From positions 8,098 through 72,097 of the forward strand of contig CAVXDT010000010.1 in NCBI GenBank assembly GCA_963760525.1: a DNA stretch of 64,000 nt, given 5' to 3'. This document shows, one piece after another, positions 57,778-64,000 of this stretch; the stretch's first letter is position 1; each line of letters starts with the position of its first letter. This DNA is from Nitrososphaeria archaeon. GTDB taxonomy: Archaea > Thermoproteota > Nitrososphaeria > JACIWG01. Both the position numbers and the translations under genes were made by a program. The notes beneath the pieces are model-generated. The model did not search any database and had not been told where the DNA came from. It was given only the letters and a program-made list of their open reading frames with translations.

Positions 57778-58736
57778 GAGGTATGAGCCTTAAGGTTGTC
57801 TTTCTAGGCACCTCAGCAGCTGTTCCAACAGTGAGCAGGAGCTTTCCGTCAACAGCAATTGTAAGAGAAGATGAAGTAATACTTGTTGACTGCGGAGAGG
57901 GAACGCAAAGGCAGGTACTACAAGCAGGATTAGGCTTCAACAAGAAAATGAAGATTCTAATTACACACTTGCATGGAGACCATGTTGGAGGAGTTACAGG
58001 TCTGCTTCAAACGATGAGTATGATGAGACGTATCAGACCTGTCGATATATATGGCCCAAGAGGAATCCGAGGGCTCCTAAAATCCACTCTTAATTATTTG
58101 AGAGTAAACCTTCAGTATTCCCTAGTAATTAATGAAGTCAAAGAAGGCGTTGTTGTTAAAGAAAAGGAATATGAAATACTCTCCAGAAGAGGATCGCATT
58201 CAATTAGAGACTACTGTTATCTTTTTAGAGAATTCCCCAGACCAGGTAAATTTAATGTTGAGAAAGCAATCAGATTAGGCATTCCAGAAGGACCCCTTTG
58301 GAACAAACTGCAATCCGGAAAAGCCATTTCTATTGGAGAAATGGTAATCGAGCCTTCAATAATTCTCGGAGCTTCCAGAGCTGGGAGAATGATCGGATTT
58401 TCAGGGGACACAAGACCTAGGAGATTCTTTAACAGGTTCTTCGAAAAAGCAGACTTGCTTGTATTTGAAGCAACATATTCCGAAAAAGACTTTGAGAAAG
58501 CTGTTCAGAATATGCATACAACTGCAACTGAAGCAGCTAAATTAGCTTCGAAAGCTAATGTCAAAATGCTTGCACTCGTCCACCTAAGCTCAAGATACAT
58601 CGATGCCGAAGCAATCTTAGCTGAAGCTTCAAGATATCACAAGAATGTGATTATTCCTGAAGACCTTACTGCTGTCGAGATACCTTATCCAGAGTCAAAT
58701 GAACCTCTCAAAGTCCATCGCTTATCATCTTCTTGA
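57774..58736 (+). CDS. rnz: ribonuclease Z (tRNA 3' endonuclease)
   Basis: VVFLGTSAAVPT and ITHLHGDHVGG (HxHxDH) are present. It overlaps the prs stop (ATGA). An alternative start lies at 57783. Confidence 0.9.
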   Translation: MRGMSLKVVFLGTSAAVPTVSRSFPSTAIVREDEVILVDCGEGTQRQVLQAGLGFNKKMKILITHLHGDHVGGVTGLLQTMSMMRRIRPVDIYGPRGIRGLLKSTLNYLRVNLQYSLVINEVKEGVVVKEKEYEILSRRGSHSIRDYCYLFREFPRPGKFNVEKAIRLGIPEGPLWNKLQSGKAISIGEMVIEPSIILGASRAGRMIGFSGDTRPRRFFNRFFEKADLLVFEATYSEKDFEKAVQNMHTTATEAAKLASKANVKMLALVHLSSRYIDAEAILAEASRYHKNVIIPEDLTAVEIPYPESNEPLKVHRLSSS

Positions 58737-59499
58737 GAATCTTTACACAATTAAAAGGCTCTTGGATACTTTCGATAACGTAGATACCGCTGAAGATTTC
58801 CTTGTTCAGTCTACCTATGATGTAAGCCCAGTCAATGTTACCCTTGCCTATCATTAGATGTTCATCTTCTATCCCATTATTATCATGAACATGCACTACA
58901 ACCATTCTCTTTTCTAGTTCGTCAACAAACTCCTTTGAAGTTCCATTGAGATTCGCATGGCCGGTATCATAGGTCATTCCCATCTGGGATCCTGTCCTTT
59001 GGTAAAATTCAAGAAATTCCTTAGGGGTAGTAAACATGTGATTATTCCTAGGGATATGATTTTCAACTGAAGCATTAATTCCCAAGGACTTGGCATAATC
59101 AAAAATATTCTCTAAAAACTCAAAGTGCTGCACCTTGACCTCTTCGACAGCTTTGCCATTCGGAATATCCGATGGGTGGACAACATAAACCAAAGGAGAA
59201 AGCTCAGAAACATCATACATAGACTGCATCAACTTGTTCAGAGACTCCTTTCTTATCCCATCATCAGGATTGACAAAATCTAATGGGCGAAAAGGACAAT
59301 GTGCTGTGAACTTATACCCCGACTCAACCAGCTGCCTCAGCCTAATAATTCGACACTTTGACAGTTTTGTCGGACCATCATCTACAATATCCCATGCATC
59401 AGGAAGCTCCTCTGAGCTCCTATCCTTTTCTATTTCTTCAATCATCTGCTCAAAAGACCTAGGCCACACAAATAGAACAGACAATGAAATTACATTCAT
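58708..59499 (-). CDS. xylose-isomerase-like TIM-barrel protein (AP endonuclease 2 / sugar-phosphate isomerase superfamily)
   Basis: 263 aa. It shows the pattern VVHP...ENH...YDTGHAN...HVHDNNGIEDEHLMIGKGNIDW. Its start overlaps the stop of the upstream gene (ATGA). Confidence 0.75.
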   Translation of the reverse strand: MNVISLSVLFVWPRSFEQMIEEIEKDRSSEELPDAWDIVDDGPTKLSKCRIIRLRQLVESGYKFTAHCPFRPLDFVNPDDGIRKESLNKLMQSMYDVSELSPLVYVVHPSDIPNGKAVEEVKVQHFEFLENIFDYAKSLGINASVENHIPRNNHMFTTPKEFLEFYQRTGSQMGMTYDTGHANLNGTSKEFVDELEKRMVVVHVHDNNGIEDEHLMIGKGNIDWAYIIGRLNKEIFSGIYVIESIQEPFNCVKILKKMISDGL

Positions 59500-59948
59500 T
59501 TTCTCTTAGCCCTCTTTTTTTCCCTTTCTTCTTCGCTTACATCTGGTGCCAGCCAATCTATTACCCGAAGGATTTCCGGGCTACCTATCTCTAGAAATAT
59601 TGGACCCAATGGTGACTCAGCTTCTTCCTCACATAGCACTATATTCTCTACAAATGCAGCTTGTCTGTTGAGCATTATCTGTGTTCTTTCACCATCCAAA
59701 TTTTCTAGCAGAAGCCTTCGAGCAGCAGAGATTATCTTCCTGTCTCTGATCTTATGAAAGAAGCTTTGTAGAGCGTTATCTCCTTCATATCTGAGAATCG
59801 CCATGCTATTTTTCTCAACCAAGCTTGATAGCTCAAGACCCCCTACGACATTCTTTAGGGCTCTAATCACTTTTGAAGGATCCTCTGAGGCACTTATTGT
59901 TGCGCTTATCTTAAGTACAATTTCTGACCATTGGGAAACCATTGTCAT
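59496..59948 (-). CDS. UPF0201-family putative RNA-binding protein (COG1931-like)
   Basis: Start at ATG 59948 overlapping the stop of the UPF0200 gene (ATGA). The assignment rests on my recollection of the UPF0200/UPF0201 gene pair in archaea. Confidence 0.5.
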   Translation of the reverse strand: MTMVSQWSEIVLKISATISASEDPSKVIRALKNVVGGLELSSLVEKNSMAILRYEGDNALQSFFHKIRDRKIISAARRLLLENLDGERTQIMLNRQAAFVENIVLCEEEAESPLGPIFLEIGSPEILRVIDWLAPDVSEEEREKKRAKRK

Positions 59949-60517
59949 GCAAAACCATCCTCCTTCATCCAAGCTCTCAGCAACTGCTTTGCTTGACTAA
60001 TCAAATTTTCAATTGTCGAGTTATTTGAGATTATTTCATCAGCTAACGCTATGGCATTTCCTACACCTACATTCAGTTCACGCCTATCCCTGATATCAAA
60101 TTCTCTTCTAATCATTGGGGCATCCTTTCTACCTCTTCCTTCTAAGAACCCGAACCTCCTCTCAGGCGAAGCGTGTAAAGACAAAAGCCTTGTCTTCCCA
60201 ACCTTCTTATATTCTCTAACTTCAAATACACTTCTAATTCCATCTATGACATACAGGTTCCTTTCAGAGGAAAGTTTATCCAATGACAGCTTTGCAATAA
60301 CATAAGGACCACACTCCTTTCTCAAATCAACCATGACTTGACCACAGTTTTCGTCGGTAAGCTCAAGACCTCTGATCCTGGTCTGTTCCCTCACAACATC
60401 CCCTAAACTGACATAGAACAACCCCATCTTAGCAATTTCCTTCGAGACAACAGTCTTCCCGCAACCAGGCATACCTGTCACACACAAGATGAATTTCCTT
60501 TTCAAGATATTACACAC
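59945..60517 (-). CDS. UPF0200-family P-loop nucleotide kinase (dephospho-CoA-kinase-like)
   Basis: 190 aa with P-loop GMPGCGKT, then VIDGIRSVFEV, HASPERRFGFLEGRGRKD and RDRRELNVGVGNAIALAD. Confidence 0.65.
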   Translation of the reverse strand: MCNILKRKFILCVTGMPGCGKTVVSKEIAKMGLFYVSLGDVVREQTRIRGLELTDENCGQVMVDLRKECGPYVIAKLSLDKLSSERNLYVIDGIRSVFEVREYKKVGKTRLLSLHASPERRFGFLEGRGRKDAPMIRREFDIRDRRELNVGVGNAIALADEIISNNSTIENLISQAKQLLRAWMKEDGFA

Positions 60518-60791
60518 TAGCCTCCTTACCTCAGCATAATTATATTTTTTTAGCTGAAAACAACTTTATGCTGATGTTCTCCAGCATATCTAGTTTCGGT
60601 CCATCTTTCTGGTCATTTCGCAGGATTCTTTATTGAAAAAGAGTGACGGTTTTACTTGACCGACTGCTTGGGCAGATAAGTGTTATGATAAGCATTACCA
60701 TGCCAATCGAATAGATGCATTCCAAGAATTACGTAACGAGTACCCACTTACCTCATTCTTTTTCTTCTGCTTTTTTCTTTCTTAGATATCG

Positions 60792-61151
60792 CTATAAACC
60801 AGGTGGTAAATACTTGTTTGTTGTTAACCATTCCACATCAATTCCCCTATATCTCCAAAGTACATCTGCACGGTCGTCATCAAAGTCCCACGGTGCAACA
60901 AGGACAATATCATTTTCTCTAATCCACATCCTTCTTTTCATCTTCCCTCTTATCCTGCATAATCTGATCTTACCATCAATACAGTTCACAATAAGGAGAT
61001 CGCCACCTGAAAGTTTTCTCACTCGTCCAAGAAATTCTCCCTCAGACGGCTTCATCGGACTCTTGAGGTTTGATTCACTCAAGACTTTTCTCTTTCCCAA
61101 TATATTCTTCTCCTTTTTTGTCTCTGCAAGGTCATTATTATGTGTTTGCAT
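60792..61151 (-). CDS. eif1a: translation initiation factor aIF1A
   Basis: EGEFLGRVRKLSGGDLLIVNCIDGKIRLCRIRGKMKRRMWIRENDIVLVAPWDF is an S1-like eIF1A signature. The start is probably the internal Met of ORF 60792..61187. Confidence 0.9.
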   Translation of the reverse strand: MQTHNNDLAETKKEKNILGKRKVLSESNLKSPMKPSEGEFLGRVRKLSGGDLLIVNCIDGKIRLCRIRGKMKRRMWIRENDIVLVAPWDFDDDRADVLWRYRGIDVEWLTTNKYLPPGL

Positions 61152-61208
61152 AGATATTGAATTATCGGTGATAATGCTTATCAACAAGACTAGACCTTCC
61201 GTCGTCTA

Positions 61209-61775
61209 ATGACATTGTTACGCACTTTCATAGCATTAGAATTGGACAATGTGAAGGTCAAGGAAGAAGTATCACGCGTGCAGAAAGAACTTCTGTCGTT
61301 GGGGATTGAAGCCAAGCCAGTGGAGCAAGTGAATCTTCACTTTACTTTGAGGTTCCTAGGAGAGATTGAAGAATCAGTTACAGAGAGTGTAGCTTCCGCA
61401 TTATCTGAAATAAAGTGCGAGCCTTTCAAAGTCGTCTATAGGGGGCTTGGAGCGTTCCCCTCAATTTCTCGCATAAATGTTGTTTGGGTAGGGGTGGACG
61501 AGACTTCATCCAAGAACATCTGTTCATTGTGGGAGAAAGTTGAGTTAGGCTTAGAGAAAGTTGGCTTGAGAAGAGAGGAAAGATTCGATCCTCATTTAAC
61601 AATATTGAGAGTTAAGAGTGGCTTACATCGAGTAGAACTTGCAGATGCTCTACGTAAGTATTCAAATACATCTTTCGGGGAAGAGCAGGTGTCGAAACTC
61701 AAGTTCAAAAAGAGCGTACTTACACCAAAAGGGCCTATCTATTCAGATCTTCACATATTGGATTTCGGAGGATAG
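61209..61775 (+). CDS. thpR: RNA 2',3'-cyclic phosphodiesterase (ThpR/LigT 2H family)
   Basis: 188 aa with two HxT motifs, HFTLRFLG and HLTILR. Confidence 0.85.
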   Translation: MTLLRTFIALELDNVKVKEEVSRVQKELLSLGIEAKPVEQVNLHFTLRFLGEIEESVTESVASALSEIKCEPFKVVYRGLGAFPSISRINVVWVGVDETSSKNICSLWEKVELGLEKVGLRREERFDPHLTILRVKSGLHRVELADALRKYSNTSFGEEQVSKLKFKKSVLTPKGPIYSDLHILDFGG

Positions 61776-61778
61776 TCT

Positions 61779-63155
61779 TTGCTATCCGAAATCATCCAGT
61801 CAGCAAGAGAAACTGTAACACCGAAGTTGAACGAATACAAAAGCGTGGATAGAGTCGCGAAAAAGGTAATTGAACTAATCAGGAAACACTCAGAGAATAG
61901 CCCTTTTCACCCAGAAACTATCATAGGAGGTTCATATGCACGTGATACTTGGTTACCTTCTGAAGTTGACTTAGATATCTTCTTAAGATATTCGGTTAGA
62001 GCACAAAGAGAAGACCTTGGAAAGGATAGCTATAGAATATCTAGTGATGCTTTTGGAAAAGAGAATTTGATTATAAGATATGCTGAACATCCATATGTCG
62101 AAACTTACATCAACAAAGTTCGGATAAATATTGTTCCATGTTACGATGTTGCCCTTGGAAACTGGATTTCAGCAGTTGATCGATCACCTTTCCATCTTGA
62201 ATTCATAAAGAAAGCTCTTAGCCCCGTTCAAAAGAATGATGTCAGACTTTTGAAGAAATTTATGAAGAAAGTCAAAGTGTATGGTGCTGAAATAAAGGTC
62301 GGAGGTTTTAGCGGATACTTTTGCGAGGTTCTTATATATCGCATGAAGAGTTTTGAAAACATCGTATTGTCTGCTTCGAAATGGAAATTACCACTTATGA
62401 TAACTGATGAAGACAAGCAGGACTCTGTCAAACAACGATTCAAAGGAGATAAAATCATTGTGACTGATCCAATTGACATAAATAGGAATCTAGGAAGGGC
62501 TCTATCCATAAAAGCTCTATCTCGTTTCGTAATAGCATGCAGGACTTTTGCCCAGAAGCCATCAATGAATTTCTTCGTTCATGGAAAGCGTAAACTCAAT
62601 AAAAGCATGTCTAACAAAGCATTGATAAAAAATGTACAAGGCATAATATTTAAACATCCTAAGATGAGTGCAGATATACTTTGGGGAATGCTAAATCGAA
62701 CATTAAACAACCTCACAAAGCAGTGTGAAAAGAACGGTTTCAGGATCACTAGATCCATTGCTACGAGCAATGACTTGGATAGCAGCGCGTTCTTATTCCT
62801 CTTTGAAGTAACAGAAGTAACACCATATGAGACAAGAGTTGGGCCTTCAATTTTTGAGGAAGAGAACTTCAACAAGTTTGTGTCAAAGAACCTGAATACT
62901 TCTTACTTTCTATGGATAAACAGCCAAGGAAGAATATGCTCTCTGAGAAAGAGAACAATTCATAGCGCTTCTATGCTCTTTAGAGAATATGTCAAAGAGC
63001 CAGTAAAATATGGAATATCAAAGAATATTGCTGAATCGATTAGAACCAATCACAGATTATGTTCGGGAAAGATATTGATAAAAGGAAAGAAAGATTGGAT
63101 AATTGAGGGAGTAGGCGAGCTTCTTGAACCAAAAGATCAAGATTATCTCAGTTAG
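61779..63155 (+). CDS. cca: CCA-adding tRNA nucleotidyltransferase, archaeal class I
   Basis: 458 aa with a TTG start. GGSYARDTWLPSEVDLDIF is the nucleotidyltransferase motif, and RSPFH and GAEIKVGGFSGY are also present. Confidence 0.9.
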   Translation: MLSEIIQSARETVTPKLNEYKSVDRVAKKVIELIRKHSENSPFHPETIIGGSYARDTWLPSEVDLDIFLRYSVRAQREDLGKDSYRISSDAFGKENLIIRYAEHPYVETYINKVRINIVPCYDVALGNWISAVDRSPFHLEFIKKALSPVQKNDVRLLKKFMKKVKVYGAEIKVGGFSGYFCEVLIYRMKSFENIVLSASKWKLPLMITDEDKQDSVKQRFKGDKIIVTDPIDINRNLGRALSIKALSRFVIACRTFAQKPSMNFFVHGKRKLNKSMSNKALIKNVQGIIFKHPKMSADILWGMLNRTLNNLTKQCEKNGFRITRSIATSNDLDSSAFLFLFEVTEVTPYETRVGPSIFEEENFNKFVSKNLNTSYFLWINSQGRICSLRKRTIHSASMLFREYVKEPVKYGISKNIAESIRTNHRLCSGKILIKGKKDWIIEGVGELLEPKDQDYLS

Positions 63156-63906
63156 AGACCTCGCTGATCCTCCATTTAGCCTTCTGCTTTCGTACCCTAA
63201 AGTAGATAGGAATAGAATTACGAGCCTAGTCGACAAGCTGGCTCAAGCCGGCGTTAGCTATGTACATCTTGATGGAGAAACACAGATAAGTGGATTGAAA
63301 CTGTTGGGAAAAGGCTGCACAAGTATCGTATTCAAAGCTACGTTTAGAAATAAGCCTTCTGCAGTCAAAGTGCTGAGGATAGATGCAGACAGAGCAACAT
63401 TGAGGAAGGAGGCTGAATTTCTGGAAAAAGTGAACACTTCAAGCATAGGTCCAAAACTCTATTATGTTTCTGATGAGTTCATTATCATGGAACTAGTTCG
63501 AGGGCCTCCCATATTCAATTTCATAACTGCAATCAGGGGAAGAGGCACCGCAAGAAGAACTAGACTTCTTATTTCGGATATTCTTTCACAGTGTTTCATT
63601 TTAGACCAAAAGAACATTGCACACTGCGAACTGAGCAACCCGACAAAGCACATAATCATAAAAGACAATAAAAAACCTGTAATAATCGATTTCGAATCTG
63701 CAAGCTTGAATAAGAAATATTCAAATGTGACATCACTCGCACAAAGCCTATTCGTAGGTGGCAAATATGCTCCAAGAATCAGAAGAATGATTGGGATCAA
63801 GAATACTGGAGAATTGATCAGAGCTCTTAGAGAATACAAAAAGAAGACTGATCAGATATCTTTCAATAAGATACTGAACACCCTAAAGCTAACACCAAAA
63901 CAATAA
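63124..63906 (+). CDS. RIO/Bud32-like small protein kinase (COG2112-type); start uncertain
   Basis: LGKGCTSIVFKA...AVKVLR (glycine loop and Lys), HCELSNPTKHIII and IIDFESA (DFG equivalent) are present. The TTG start overlaps the cca 3' end. Confidence 0.6.
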   Translation: MNQKIKIISVRDLADPPFSLLLSYPKVDRNRITSLVDKLAQAGVSYVHLDGETQISGLKLLGKGCTSIVFKATFRNKPSAVKVLRIDADRATLRKEAEFLEKVNTSSIGPKLYYVSDEFIIMELVRGPPIFNFITAIRGRGTARRTRLLISDILSQCFILDQKNIAHCELSNPTKHIIIKDNKKPVIIDFESASLNKKYSNVTSLAQSLFVGGKYAPRIRRMIGIKNTGELIRALREYKKKTDQISFNKILNTLKLTPKQ

Positions 63907-63940
63907 ACAAATAAACTGTCTGATACAATCACCATTTGTT

Positions 63941-64000
63941 GGGGCCATCGTCCAGCTTGGTCAAAGATGCCAGCCTGGGGAGCAGAAAAGCCCAGAACGC
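63941..64000 (+). tRNA. 5' part of tRNA-Pro(GGG), probably intron-containing, truncated by window end
   Basis: Acceptor GGGGCCA; D arm GTCC..AGAT; anticodon stem CCAGC; loop CTGGGGA. The expected 3' stem GCTGG is replaced by GCAGAAAAGCCCAG. CCCAG is complementary to the CTGGG of the anticodon loop, as expected for an archaeal pre-tRNA intron helix. Confidence 0.55.

Noticed and set aside
60715-61209. 164-aa plus-strand ORF
   Set aside because: It is antisense to the aIF1A gene, whose S1-fold signature is clear. It is a shadow ORF.
1-64000. Prophage, transposon or integrative element
   Set aside because: No integrase, transposase, terminal inverted repeats or duplicated tRNA 3' end were found by eye. 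Only small nuclease remnants are present, and these are reported separately.

Overview
AT-rich, densely coding archaeal chromosomal segment. No rRNA genes, CRISPR array, transposase or integrase were seen. Archaeal hallmarks are class I lysyl-tRNA synthetase, Cdc48/VCP, aIF1A, class I CCA-adding enzyme, archease, intron-containing tRNAs, many ATGA start/stop overlaps and frequent GTG/TTG starts. The lineage cannot be named from sequence alone; it looks like an uncultured TACK-type archaeon. Content from left to right: a cell-surface gene cluster (1.7-5.3 kb) with three paralogous anchored proteins; a 5-kb block (5.46-10.43 kb) where a Zn-ribbon/Mrr-like nuclease, a transglutaminase-like protein and a type III P-type ATPase carry about 11 frame disruptions; a metal/sulfur cluster (NifX-like, PadR, cysteine desulfurase, DsrE-like, ABC-3 transporter); a seven-blade SBBP propeller protein, GH172/DUF2961 and a D-serine-dehydratase-like enzyme; an operon of a 1081-aa repeat-rich surface protein with an ABC-2 exporter; a GlcG-like gene next to a STAY-GREEN (Mg-dechelatase family) homolog; glycerate kinase, tungsten AOR and its Cmo-like radical SAM partner; a wHTH / hsp20-cdc48-lysK heat-shock module; TldD/PmbA, PEPCK, formamidase; a Dph6-GATase coupled pair; and an RNA-processing neighbourhood (tRNA-Ser with intron, archease, RNase Z, ThpR, CCA enzyme, partial tRNA-Pro). 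The leads I rank highest are the archaeal SGR homolog, the Dph6-GATase coupling, the decayed gene block, and the perfect intragenic tandem duplications in the surface protein. Several conserved genes carry indels at homopolymer runs, so assembly error must be excluded before calling them pseudogenes.
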